Assembly: GCA_964187785.1 (NCBI GenBank)
Contig: OZ076409.1
Span: 23,004,001-23,068,000 of the forward strand
Source: Amphiscolops sp. MND2022
Taxonomy: Eukaryota
DNA: 64,000 nt
Direction: 5' to 3'
Below the pieces are notes generated by a model. The model did not search any database. It was not told where the DNA came from and saw only the letters and a program-made list of their open reading frames with translations. A program made the translations under genes and the position numbers. Shown piece after piece: positions 36,607-50,423 of this stretch; positions within the stretch are counted from its first letter, which is position 1; each line of letters starts with the position of its first letter.

Positions 36607-39600
36607 AACTGTTTCGCTCTAGCTGGTCTGGGTGTTGAGAAAAAAGACGGCGAAGGTACCACGCCTCATTCCGGCAGAATCGGCTTTTTGGAGTATGGTA
36701 TGAAAAAATTTTAATATTCGATTGCGTATTTTTCATTGGGAATCATTTAATCATGCTAGTTTGTTCCTGTTGAAACTCAATGTGTGCTTGTACCTGTTTT
36801 CTGTGAAAAAAGTGCGATTTCCAGGGCAAAAGTTGCAAAAACGTCAATTTTGGGCTTTTTCGACACTTTTCTTGGTACGAGTGCGACCGTTCTGGGTATT
36901 AGATACAGCAGTTGAAGAAATGAATTAAAAGTAGCCCGAAACCTCGAGAGGTTTGATACATAATGCATATTGCAAGGATAACCGGAAAAGCCGTTGCAGC
37001 ACTTTTTCAGACGCATTTTGTATGAAAAAACTTTTTGTGATTTTGGCAAAAAATCACTAAAATTTATCACTGGGAGAGTATTGCCTACCCTGTGCTGCTA
37101 CAAGTTTGGGGCACACTCCATGGCACAGAAAACAACGTTTGAGCAGGTTTTTAACGTTTTCTTAGAGAGAAAAAATCACAAAAGCTTGATTTTTGGCTAG
37201 TTTTTGGAGTGTCCGAATAAACCATTAAAACCTCTGGGTAACTCAGTCCTTTTGTTAGCTAGGAGCTCGAGAGCTCTCATTTTCTGTTTATACACTGAAA
37301 ACGACGTGTGACGGAGGAAACCGCGTCAAAAATTCCTTTTCAGTGCTGAGAAACGTTGGAAAAGGCACTGAAATACACCGTTTTGTAATCAATCCGGACT
37401 GTCCCAAAAATAGGGTCGGGTCATAGATATCAAGACCCTACCTAAAAAGCGGTTGCCTTTTCGCAACCGCCACTAACTTTAACGTTTGCCCAGATATTTT
37501 GAAGAGCTTAGCGATTACCATCATTGAGAAAAGCTCTCTGACGTTTTGACCTCAGAAAGAGTAAAAACTGCCAATATTTCCCAAAACTACAGGACCGACG
37601 GTGCCTCATACCTAAAGGGCACAGCTAATTGTGGGATACTTTCAGTGCTACGGCCAGTGGGGCAACGCATTAGCTCTGTTTTGCCTGCCGTAACATTCCT
37701 TGGAGTGACCCTTCAAGCCAATTTGTGCAAAAAGTGTCAAAAAACACTGTTTTTTCGGAAGTAGTATCTGTACCTAATCGAAACCTCAACGAAGCATCCG
37801 TGCTTCTTTTTAATCATTCCGCTAGCGTTGTGGGTGCCCACTGGCCCCACTGGCATTGCCTATCAATTTTTGTGCTGACTGGTGCAGTATTTGTTGAGAA
37901 ATTAACGAAAACGTACTGCACAAAAAGGAGCACGCTACGACCCTTGGAAGTGATTTCGACACATCTTCGACGTGCATTTACATTGTTTCAGTTTAAGTTT
38001 TCAGTTTTTTAACCAAAATTGGGAAAGTGAATGTAAAAGCTACGTTCACGCGTTGGAAGCCTGTGGAAACCCCTAGTGTGAACTATATTCGTAAATACTT
38101 TGCTTTTTGTGAGATTTTTGGACAGTATCGAGTCGACTGACCTACTGGAACACAGCATTTTGTTGTTTACAGTGGTGATATCCTGTGTATTGTAACGAGT
38201 AGGACCATTTTTGGGGACTATCGGCGCACCTTATTGGAATGTTGGGACCACATTGCTCTGGACCATTATTGTCACTGTAACTTGGTGCACCGTTGCTGAC
38301 AAAACGAGTTCGCGAGCTCTACACGGATGAGAGTCTTCGATTGCACGTGGCAAATCGTGTCAATTGAGACACGGTGATACTGAACGCCTGTTACATATCT
38401 GTTTCTTGCCCAATCTTCCGAGCCCCAATTGGTGCTTATTGCAGTGTACCTGGCTATACGTGGGATTGTGTAACCAATTTTGAGTCCAATCATACGCTTA
38501 CAGCGTGTGTACGAGCAACTTGAGTGTTTTTCAAAAAAAAATTCGAAACCTCACAAAACCCCTGAAAACAACTCTATCTCAAGCCTGGAAGCAAATATTC
38601 AATTCGGGAAGTTAATTTTCTATCCTGTGTCTGACAGAACGGGTTGTGTAAACTTCGCAAGCTAAAACTGCTAGAACTAATTTTGACAGTATTCAGACCT
38701 GCGCTTCATGAAATACCCTAAAAACTGACATGATACGATTTCTGTAAAACCCGAATACTTCCGCTGTACAGAAGGCACGGACAAAAATGTTCATATTCCA
38801 ACAGTAGGGACCTAATCGGCATCCATGGGTGCAAACGAGGCAAATCCTACGGTTCAAAAAAGTTTCCGGCAGGGGTCATAACATTTCGACAACCTTGCAG
38901 CATAGAAATTTGATTTTTGTAAAGCTCAAATCTGAAGATTTCAGGCCTTGGGACACTCCGGGCTTAATTTTGAAAACAGCCTACCTCTAGACGTTACCCT
39001 AGAGGCGTGCACAGAATGTTGAACAACAAAAAAGGACCCTGAGGGATCACACTGTACCAAAGTTACGTGATGGTGAGAAAAGTGACCTCCTTGCGACGAA
39101 CATTTTACAGGACTCTTCCATAGTAAAACTCATTTTGACCGCTTTGGTGACTCAATTTTGTGTTCTTTTGTGAAATCAAGTAGTACCAGAACACAAACCT
39201 ACGTCAGTTGTGAAAATAACACTTTCGAGCGGCTACAGAACACCGAAATTTTTCGAAATAGAGACGTCATTGAACAACTTGACCGTGTGCTTGCAATACA
39301 TGATTCAAGACTATTGGATCATTTTGCTCAGAAGCAATATTTACTAGCCCAGTGAGCAGCGTGCAAAGTCTGCTACGTTCCTGGTCCTCGAACTTACTTT
39401 GACAACACTCATTTTCCGGAAACACAAGGTGACTAAACGGCGATTTTGTCAAAATGACCAGTTTTTGGACAAAAAGTCAGGCTTTCATCGAGACATTACG
39501 ACGCCAATCGGGGAAGTTTTGATTTTTTCAAGAATTGACAAAAGTTGGTTTTCTCACCTACCAAAATGTGTTTTCAAGAAATCACAAAAGTTGTGCACTT

Positions 39601-40744
39601 CAAAGAAAATGGTAGTGCCGCCAAAAGGATTGAAGAATTCACACACTAATATTAGCAGTGCAAAAATGAAATTTTCAAGAAACGAGAAAATTGATTTGTG
39701 GATTCTTCATTTTAATGATAATCTATGCTGCACGTGTAACATCATTGGTGTGAGGATTCTTCGCATTTTGTCATTTCTTGTTTACTTTTCTGAATTCTTG
39801 ATTACTTTTCTGAATTCTTGAACACTTTTATGGATTCTTCTAAAAATATGGTAATTAAATCTAACTTCTTTCTGGATTCATCAAAAACTTATCTCTGTTC
39901 TTTATAACAATAACTGTAAATAAAATCGTACAATCAACGGAGAATCGACACAACCTGATTGAATTAAGATTTTTTGATAATTTTGTCTATTGTTCTATTT
40001 GAATTCAAACATAATATCTTTTTCAAATATCTCTAAACGACTCTTCTAGAGCAAAGTAACGACTCCATGAGTGTATGAACAACAGCTAGTTCATTCTTCA
40101 AATGACTGGCCACGACTGACGACCACGAGTGGACAAGTAGACTTCAGACATAGTTTCACGTTTCAATGACGATTCATTTTTGTCTAGAATTGTGCTATTG
40201 GAAATCAAACATTTTATATCCAAAGTTGTTTTGTTCATAAAGTAAATTTTATTTCAGTTTAATTTTTTTAAAATTCAGACTTTTTTCATTAAATCTAAGA
40301 CTCCATGAGTGTACGACTCCATGAGTGTATGAACAACAGGTGAGCAATATTTTTATGATTAAATTAAACCCCAGGGCGTATTCCTAAATACCTAAAAATG
40401 ACTAAGAAAAAATGCAAAATTATCTAAGTGAACAGTTGCAGTTTTTGATTCTAAATCATTTGACTCTGATTCTGGACTTGGAACTTTTTTGCTACTAGTG
40501 TTTCTGAATTAGCAAAATAACGACTCCATGAGTAAAAACAGATGCTAAAGAACATTTTGATGGTGCTCAAAGAAAACACGGGTATTGACATAAACGTTAG
40601 TTCATGCGTGTTGTTGATGATTAAAATTAATAACGATGGACAGATCATGGTTCATGTGTGTCATTGACAGTCAAAATTAAAAAAAGAATATGTGTCAAAA
40701 TTAAATAAATCAGTTTCAGAGTAAAATGTTGCAACCCATCTTCG

Positions 40745-42214
40745 TTATAAATTGTCCACTGCTGAGTTATGTCGAATGATGTCCCTGTACGTAGTGACCG
40801 GATAAACTCCACCAATCAATGTGATACAGCACTTGATGCACGACACGGCAAATGCTTTTTTGATCAGAAACCGCATCGTTTTGATGTATTTGTCACTTTG
40901 ACTGTAAGTGCCAGCCTTTCGGTCCCACAACTTTCCCAACACTGAATCCCATGATTCATGGCACCCCTTTTCATTTGAGGGAATTGAGATATTGAATGTC
41001 ATATCTCTGTTATTCTCAATTCCGAGGGCTGTCGTGGAGAGATCATCAGCCAAACACAAGATCCCTGCATATCCAGACCGCGACGATAGGGCCAGTCCCA
41101 CAGCGTTCTTCACCGCTGCAAATAAGGAACACACCTTACTGATGGGGTGTTCGACGCTGCCAACCAAATTTTCATTAGTCTTTTCGCTCAAGAAGTTTTC
41201 TTCGAAGAAAACAACTCTGTTCCAGGGCATTGTGATGGAAATGTCCTCGCATTGCTCTGACACCATTGTCACGAGAACAAGTGGTTGCTCTTTCTTCCAT
41301 ACCAGCTTCAGGCTGCGAATGATGGATGATTCTCCACAGTGATCCATCACTTTCCCACCTTCATGCAAAATCCCATTCACACATGGGAAATAGATGAGTG
41401 GAACTTCGTCGGTAGTTTTCTAAAGCAAATGAAAACATCTACTATTTACCACAACAAACAGATTTCATGCTTTTGAACAAAGTTGCTTTCATGCTTGTTG
41501 AGCAAGTTCATGCTTGTTGCTACATTTTATAAATCAGCGCGTAACTTGCATAGATGTTACACTACTTTGTACACTTACGGGTATCATTGTCATCATATCG
41601 ACCGGTTCTTTCTTCTTGGAGGAAACTGCAATCTTCTGCTTCTTTGTTGTCGGCGGCTGACTATTTTCAGTTTCGTCAATCTCATCGAGCCTATCATCGC
41701 TCTCGAACTCGTTTGTTTCAGGGACTACTTGAGCTGCTAAACTCCGCAGGTCGTCGTACTTTACTGTCAGAGTTCTGAAAGTGGTTGTCGGTTCTTCCAG
41801 TTTGCCCAGGTCTTGCCATTCTCTATACTCGTCTTCTTCAAATATCTTCATTTCACTCAGTACCGTGTCAATAATGAAAACAAATCCTTGTTTGATTTCA
41901 CCTTCTTGAATGAATTTGACTCGATCACCACGGGATTGGAATTTGGGCTGATAGTCAAGCAAAATTTTGTTCGCTCGCCTTCTTTTTTGGGGAAGTGTCT
42001 GGGAGGTAACTTTTGTCTTTCTAACATTCCACTTCTCCGATGTTTTTCTCACAGTGCTATTGATTTGTATTTTTGATTTTTCCTTTCCAAATTCTTTCCA
42101 GCGAACAACTACTTCCCACTCCCCGATAAATTCAATTACTTCTGCCTGCCACCAAATGTAGCATTCGTCAATAGCATCAACAATTTCGTTAAGTTTAAAT
42201 TGCTTGGACAACAT
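40745..42214 (-). CDS. Two-exon gene (42214-41579, 41419-40745; 436 aa) with N-terminal Tudor/Agenet-like (Royal family) domain
   Basis: GTAAGT donor and CTTTAG acceptor join in frame without stops. FKLNEIVDAIDECYIWWQAEVIEF...VVVRWKEF fits the Tudor/Agenet beta-barrel with aromatic residues; C-terminal half unrecognised. Confidence 0.72.
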
Positions 42215-42610
42215 TTCGAATTAGTTTTTTTGCTATAAATACTGGGTATTTTGTAGTCAAATAGATTGAGTTTGCATAGAGTTGAATTAAAATCAAATAG
42301 GCTGAAGTCATATGGAGGTGAACAAAATTTTAACAGGTGAAAACTCGAGTCTCAATTTGCGTTCAATCTGCCACATGTGCAAAAAGTGTTAATCACAACC
42401 CGCGACGAGTTTAGACTCGTATTCTCACTTTAAAGACAGTGTGGAACTCAATTTTTGCTCATACACCTTAGTCCCATTTTAATTATTGACTAAACTTGCA
42501 TTACATTTCAACCAACTCATCAACAATGGAAATCTGGATTGATAATTCAATTTCCATCAACAATATTCAATACATTGATTATAACCTAATCGATCAAATT
42601 TCTGGAGTCA

Positions 42611-45600
42611 ATGAGGGTAATTAAGAGAAGCTACGAAATTAACGAATCATGTCATTTGTGGAATATCATTGAAAGCTGAAGATTTCGTCATCAAGTGGAA
42701 AACAAATGGCCAGACAAGACACAAGATTTACATCGAGGTATGTTTTTAATTACAACACTTTCAATTTCAACTTCCATAGTAACATTTTAACAACCTATTT
42801 GAACTTCTAAAGTATCATTTTGAAAACCCCAGGAATATCCAATTGTTCTAAGCAGCTTTTCTGTACCGAAACCATTACAACTCCAGGAGCATGCATCTTT
42901 GTAGAATATTTCTAAACTAACAACCTAACGACTCCGGGAGCATTGCTTTTTCTAAAAATACATTTTTTGTCAGGCACACGTGATGAAATTGATTTTGTTG
43001 AGTGGTGGCAAAAACGTACCATGGACAAACGCTCGAAGGGAAATCTTAACCAAACTGATGGGCGAAGATCTGTTTCCCACTGGAAACCAAGTGGTCAAAC
43101 CAACACCGCTGAGAGAAGTGGTACACAGAACAATTGGTACCCAAACTGGAACCGATGAGTCACTTGAACCCGTGAACAATCAATCCGCAATGCAGACAAT
43201 TCCACCAAAACCCGAAAACAACCAGTCTACGACTTACGTAGTTCCGCGAGGGAAAAGAGTAGTTAGACTCCAAAAATCTCCAATCGCCTATTGGAAGTTC
43301 GTTTTGCGCCATGCAAAAAGGAACAAAGTCGACTTCAACGCTCTATTAGACGTCATCCTTCACTTTTCCAGAACAAAACAGCCAGAGTACTTAAAATCTG
43401 TCATTAAAAAAACCTTCCCTAACTTTCAGTCGCGAGAAACACTAATCTCCAATGTTGCGGTTTCTCTCAAGTCAGGGAAAGCAGAAGACTTGTTATTTAC
43501 TCTATCTTCAAATTTGAAAATCAATAAACTAGGAAAATTCCAAAATCTCGTACCATCATACCGTGCAGTCCAGAGATACCAGAGTCAGATCATGGAAAAT
43601 TTTATCTCGGTGTGTCAGCCTGAAGCCACCTTTTCTGGTTTCCGTTGTGATCTGGTGTCATGTGTCAAATTTGCTGCATGGATTCTTTACGAGAGAGAAG
43701 AAATATCTGAGCTCAATATAGATTTGTGGGGTGATGGTTGTGAAATTGGTGGCATTGATCACACAAGACTGTGTTTCAGAATTTTGCAAGACTTCTCTGA
43801 TAAAATTACAGCGCAATCATCAAGTATAACATTTTGTTTCAGTGGTAAGTTGTGGTTGTTTTTACTGATTCTGTAATTTCCAATTGTCACTTAGTAAGGT
43901 AATTTTATTACTGTAAAGAATCCACAAAAATAAACGAACAATTTTAGTTTAAATTCGTGAACCACTACCTTCAATTTGCACTCTCGCATGTTTAATTATT
44001 CAGTTATAGATTCTTAACACCATGTATAGTAATTGGTCGCTCGATTCTACTGCTTAATTTACCGTGGTACCAAATCTAAAACAGTCGAGGGGTGTCAAAC
44101 GTCATTTGGAACATCAAACGTAATTTTTGTTTTGATTTGTTAAGCATTCCGAGACAAGGACAGCAGGTTCGTACTGGAGCAAAATTTGGGACCAGAGATA
44201 GCTGGAAAACAAGAAACGGGGTGGCTGTACAAGCAAACAAAAGAGTTGAGTACACAAGGGGCGGTGGTCACCTATTCCGGCGACAATCTTTTTCTGTACC
44301 GTCTCATATTGGCTATAGACAGCGATGCATCGAACCAATACCCATCAGACTTGGCGCTGTATGTGGGATCTGAAAATATCCTCCCACAGATGTGGATGAC
44401 TATACTGGTATGCGTCACAATCTGAAAGCTCCGTTCAGAGAAGAAATCCCACAAAGCTCCCTTGTGTACCTTGAGGATATAAGATGTGTCATGCCAGATG
44501 TAACGCAACGCACATGATCACAAGGTGCGTAGAGAGTGATCTCCGCAAAGCTGCACAGAAAATAGTGAACGAAAAACCAGTGTACAAAGTGTCCCTACAG
44601 CGATTGGAAGAAAACTGTACTCGAAGGGCATTGAAAAAACCCAAATTTCAGTTTGACCTGCAAGTGAAAGGATCTGAATTGAAAAAAGGAATCGTTGGAC
44701 CGGTATCGCTATCCGGAACATCAGCGCTAGTAGCTATCGCTGATAAAAAGAATTTGAACAAGACGTTCCGAATCTTTTTGAAAATGTGTGGGGAAATGAA
44801 ATCCTTTTTGAGACGAGAGACAACACAAACAAACAAAATGCGCGAGCTGTCAGCAATGCCTTTTCAGTTCTGAAATCCATGCACCCACAAATAGCAAAAT
44901 CCGACACATTCACAACAAACGACTGTGCAAATCTCTTGCAGCATAGTTTGAATAAATGCACTATTATTTTGCGGGCATCCAAACACGGTCTAAACACGGA
45001 GCAATTCAAGTTTTGGTCTGAGTCATATTATCAATCATCGTTGCTTCTTTTTTCCGGGAAAGACGGACTCACCCCCTACAAACTGAAAATGTTGCTAATC
45101 CCACAGATAATGGACGCAGGGTTTGTTCGGAGTCCATGGCATCACATGTGTGAAGCGATGGAGAAGTCGAACCATCATGCTCACAAGGACTTCCAAACCA
45201 AAACAATGAGAGGCGGAGGAAAATTGTACAACCCTGATCCTTTGTTCTATGAAGGTTTCTTTTCCTACTGCCATTACCTCGACATAGTTTCAAAACACAA
45301 AAAATACCTGTGAGCGATACATTTGACAAGCTTCAGAAACAATTCGATCAGAAAACAACTTATTCCGAAATATGCAAAAATGTAGTCAAGCCTGCAATAA
45401 TAGAAATAGGTGCCACTCGAGATTCAAGTAGGCTGCTGAGTGGACTTTGTTTTCACGTGGTTGGGCACTTTACTGGAACGACTGGAAAAGCTGTGGAGGA
45501 TACAATTACTCGTTTGGGGGGGGAAGTACTGAGTAAAGACAAAGCTCTTGGACTATCGAAGCGCCATTCCTCAACCCCAATATGTTTTGTAGTAGTGAAA

Positions 45601-46051
45601 AATGACACTGAATTGCTCAAGGCAACGAAGAGTGAAATCAGCTCCGCTTCTGGATCAGACAGCGACACGTGTTCATCGAACACTCAACGAAAAACAGCTC
45701 CAGCGAAAATAATGAAAAAGGCAACAAATCAAGGATCAGTCAGGATAAGAATTTGCCGCCACCGATTTCAAGTTTTTGAGTGTAGCATACATTCAAGATG
45801 TTGAGAAAAAAGGCTGTGTTTTGGACCCTTCCGAATACTTGTTTGATAAAGGTGCGATTGAGCGAGCATGTGTCAAAGACCAACGTCCATTATTTGAGAG
45901 ACAAAGAAATCCCGAAATATCAGACCTTGATTACAGATCATTGATTACTTCATTGAAAATGTCAAGAAAGAGAGCAAGAGAAGAAGGACAACCAGACGAT
46001 AAAATTGCTAAACTCTTCAGCATTCAGGCAAAAAATGTCGGGGAACTTTGA
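42611..46051 (+). pseudogene. Spliced DDE transposase (RAG1/Transib/CMC-like) with C-terminal BRCT-like domain; about 5 frameshifts
   Basis: LWGDG (43733), YSGDN (44282), PDVTH and LTPYKLK...CEAMEKSNH (45152-45163) parallel RAG1 SCDG, DALH and ITNYFHK...SEGNESGNK. Introns 42738-42973 and 43845-44144. LSGLCFHVVG...ITRLGGEV...YIQD...LDPSEY is BRCT-like. Confidence 0.8.
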
Positions 46052-46697
46052 TTTGTTTGAATATGGATAACAAGTATTTTACTTCGAAAAGAAATTTTTT
46101 TACGATTTTATCGTTTTCAAAAACCACAGCTTGCGTTTTAAAAGCGCACTAGAATTGAGAAAGTAACTGTTAAACATGGTTTGCAGAATCAATATATCAA
46201 TATTAAACCATTTTTAGTTATTGTTTAAATGTTTTGTACACTGATTTTAAACAAGCGTTGAATTTTGTAGATTCTTCAGATCGCAATAGCTCAGCTCGCG
46301 CTCAAAATGCGCTGTAGAATTGAGAAACTATTATGCCTGGTTTGAAGAATCTATATATCAATGTTAAACCATTCCTAGTTATAATTTGAAGGTAATATAT
46401 TGCATTGTTTTTGAGCAACTGTTCAAGTCAGTTCAGCCAATTCTCAGCTTTAAATATATTACGTAACGACTCCGCGAGCAGATACAGTTCACAAAAACTT
46501 TTCTATACCAACTAGGTAAAAACTCCAGGATCTTATTATCTTTTAAAAACGAATCAATTGGTAAACTTTGAATTTTAACCGAACATTTATTCCGAATACT
46601 CGGAGAGCAATCAAAATAGTATGGAACACATGGATCGAACAATCATTTAATTGAAAAGTTTTTCAAAATTCTGTTTTTTTTCAAATGGGAGGTAAGT

Positions 46698-49124
46698 TCA
46701 TGGATCGAACAATCTCCTCGCTTCTTCATCTCCATAGTCGAAGCGAAGTTCCTGGAATGCCGCAATGTCAGTCTTAGCTACCATGACCAGGACGTCTTTG
46801 TTCTGTGCTATGTTTACTAGCACCGGTTTCACATTCGCTTCCTTGGACGACTTGTGATTGATTAATCTCCCAAGGCACCGGTTGTTAGGATGTTCGCCGC
46901 AGATTTCCTTGGAAGCGTCGACTAAGTGTTTTTGCGAAATTTGGAAGAGATACTCGCTCTGGTTGCCGGGTATGTCAAGGTACTCTTCGTAGCTCATTCC
47001 TTTGATCTCTTCTCCGTGATAGTCGACAAGGATCTCTCCTTTCTCGACATTGGTTGTGGTTACTACTCCGTGACCCAAACCTTTCACGTGGACGTCACAG
47101 ATTGATGGCCATTGCTGTGACTTAATTCGTCTGCCAAGCGCCCTCTTGAAGTTATCTGTTTGTTCGTTATGGGGTGGCAGAAACAAGACATCGTGGCGAA
47201 GGGAAACTGTTGGAGTCTGTAGTGCCTCTGGATTCAATCGATCTGTGACAATCTTGAACGTCTGAAATTATTAGAACAACATAAAATTGTTATTCAAATG
47301 TTCTTTTATTCGCTTCGCTTTAGCTATTATATTGCTGGTAATTTTTTTTGTCCAGTGTAACTGAATCTTTCACATGCAAGGTAGCCGTTACTTTACTGAA
47401 GAAAAAAATCATTCCGTCAAATGCTGCTAGTCAAAAGAGATACCTTTTTCAGGTCTTCTTCAGTGCTCCATGAGTTTTTGGCGTAAAAGTCTATGAGTCG
47501 CTGCCTGGTGGGTTCCGTGTAGTTGCGTTTGCTGCCACAAAACGTTATAAATTCTTTCGCTCGCAGAACTTGGCGGGCATATCGCTGCGCATTGAGAAGT
47601 CTGACAACGTAAGGACCCAGCTGTCGCTCAGTGACGTTGTAAATTGCAGCCCAGGTTTTGTCAACACCTGCCCAGATCTCAGCAATGGCCTGCGTTTTCT
47701 TCATGAATCCGGCATTGCTGGATGTAGGCAGAGGAAGCCTTTCGTTGACACACCCCAGCAGTATATCATCCACTGTCTCCCGGGCACTCTTTTCCATCTA
47801 CAACAGAGTGAGAACGCAATTGTAAAGCAACACAACTGCGGAAAAATTTGAATTGTGTGATGATAATCTGACAAAAGAGATGTTACATGAGAGAACGAAA
47901 ATGATACTTCTGAAAAATCCCGCACTCGTTACTTGAAACAACAAATTTTACAACTTTGAAGCCCTCAATGCTCCTAATGGTTCAATTTTTACCTTGTCCA
48001 TGAACTCCTCAGCAATAGATCTGGGGTTGAAGTTCGCATTCCCTTTTGAAGTTACAAAGAAATGCTCCGTAGCAACCTCTTCGACGCCATCTTCGTCCCG
48101 TTGAAATGCTCTCGTCACAGTTCTTGGCGATTTCCGATGGAAAGTCGGCCTCACATTGAGGTGATACACCCGCATCGCGTTCACCACCCATCGTTCGATA
48201 CGGTGTTCCACTCGAATAGTGTTTCCTAAAACGAACTCAGTTCATAGTTCTAGATTTGGGTATTTATTTTGCCTTACATTCAAATTTATATTCTCATATC
48301 AACAATTTATACGTCCGCATTCTATCTTGTTTAAACCGTGAAATTATAAAATATCTTCGTGCCATATGCTACTAATTTGATATTTGTACAGAACATCCTA
48401 CGTCGCTTTCAAGTTTTAGAAAAAAAGGTCCAGTATATTTACCCAAAGATGGTTCGAGAATCAATTTGCAATGGTCACAGTCGCTCAAGTCATCAAACTG
48501 TATTATAACTTGCGCGACGGCATGCACTGTCACAGCCAAAACGCTTTTCGTCATCACTGTCACTGGCTCGGCATACATGTAGAGGTACGTGCTAATGCCG
48601 TGGAAAAGTGTTAACTGTTGCTGGTACGTCAGCGCTCCACATTTGTCGGAAGTTTCTATAACCCCCTCTAACGTCTTTTTAATTTGGGGTCCGACTTTTT
48701 CTGACCACTGCAGTCGTGGCAATTTTGGTTCTGACTCTAAACACGTCTTAGCAGGAAAGTCGAGGCTGCGCTTTAAGGATGTGCTTGTAGAAAGTGCACT
48801 CGTTTCGTATTGAGTTTTTCTGACTTGATCGCTCGAGTGTGTAGAACTTGATGTGCTGCTTTGAGTGAAATACGGGGGAGGGGTGTTTTCGCTTGTTGCC
48901 AATATTTGAGAAAAGTTGGGCGGACAAGTGATCGTAGGGGCCATATAGGACTCGTGAAATGAGAATTTACTTTGACTTCGATGAATCGACGCAGGAGTGC
49001 TATGAAAATGAATTTCATTAGGGGTTTGTGGAGGTTGTAAAGGAGTTAGATAAGGACTGGACTGAGTATATTGCGTGAAGTCGCTATTACAAATTGTGAT
49101 GTTTCTCAGAGTTTGTTCAGACAT
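46698..49124 (-). CDS. Four-exon gene (49124-48443, 48225-47993, 47797-47444, 47261-46698; 610 aa): degenerate tyrosine-recombinase-like region + C-terminal SET domain (KMT5A/SETD8-like)
   Basis: All GT-AG junctions are phase-compatible and stop-free. SET motifs GLGHGVVT, DYHGE, YLF, GRLINH, ELRFDYG. YHLNVRP...HFFVTSKG resembles a YR core, but no HxxR...Y follows. Confidence 0.85.
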
Positions 49125-49180
49125 TATTATGAAATTTTAGTTTACTAAGATATCAGAGGGGAAAGCAAAAAGTTTGAAAA

Positions 49181-49369
49181 TTGAGCTGCTGGGTACTGCA
49201 AGAGTAATCGGTCTAGAATAATGAGGAATTTCTTTTGGATTGTTTGAGCTGCTGGTTATTGCGATTGTAATCAGTCTAAATGATGGAAGAATTGATTTTG
49301 AATTGTTTGAGCTGCTGGTTATTGCGAGAGTAATCGGTCTAAATGATGGAAGAATTGATTTTGAATTGT
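49181..49369. repeat. 63-bp tandem repeat x3 just upstream of the SET gene
   Basis: TTGAGCTGCTGG...GTAATC.GTCTA...ATTGT at 49181, 49244 and 49307. Confidence 0.9.
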
Positions 49370-50423
49370 GTATTTTTAGTTGTTAAATCAATTGGAAAAA
49401 ATCGAACTCATTTTTGACGCCTATTAAACTGCCCATGATGCTGCATTTATTAGAAACGTTTAACTAATTTCTGAATTACATTCAGTCTGTCAAAAAGTAC
49501 TCAAGTGAAAACTGAGTGCAAAATTAATCGATCGCATTTGGTAGCATTTAAAAATTTGATGTTAAGAAGCTGATTATTTTCAATTAAGCTTTGACACCCC
49601 TTGATTGTATTAGATTTGGTACAATGGGTTGATTTCAAACTACACGGTGAATTACGCTGTAGAATTGAGGGACTAATTACTATATATGGTGTGAAGAATC
49701 TATAATTAAATGATTAAACATGCGAGAGTACAAATTGAAGGTAGTGGTACACGAATTCGAACTGAACTTGTTCGTTTATTTTTGTGGATTCTTCACAACA
49801 GGACTGCTATGAACCTACGTTCGTAAACTTAGTACAAAAACAGTTTGGTTTATTGAATGTTTGAATTATCGAATACAAAAATAACGATAACCTATAATTC
49901 CATAAACCTTCAACTGAAAATTAAGCTTATGGTCCCTAAACAATTGCTCCCGGAGTCGTTACAAAATAATGGGAAGGGTATAAAAAAACTTTATTTGATA
50001 AAAGCTTTGTCAAAAATCAATCATCACTCAGAACAAAATAAAAATAATATACAATTGAACGATCAGAGCAACGAAAGATCAAAGTCGTGTGAGTATTTAT
50101 TTGTGTGCAATACATCAGCATATAGGGGATGGTAGCGCAGTTGATATTTAACATGGGTTTGTAGTGAAGCTAGACGCGTTGTCTACCACCGGATCGATTC
50201 TCACATAGACACTGTTTGGCGACTCTATACAGACCACTCTGTATTCCCCACATGTCGATTTGGTAAACGACATCGTTCCTTTTCACAGCGATTGGACGGC
50301 ATAATTGAAGATCCAATAAACTGCGCTACTGCATCCCTTTTTGATGTGAAAAGGATAAATCAGTTGTTGATCGGTATTTTCCTTTACAGCGATAGGAAGT
50401 CACAATTGAAGATCCACTGCATC

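Noticed and set aside
47948..49124. Active Crypton/DIRS-type tyrosine recombinase as the mobilising enzyme
   Set aside because: Catalytic R/HxxR/Y residues were not found; TIR plus TSD fit the DDE transposase.
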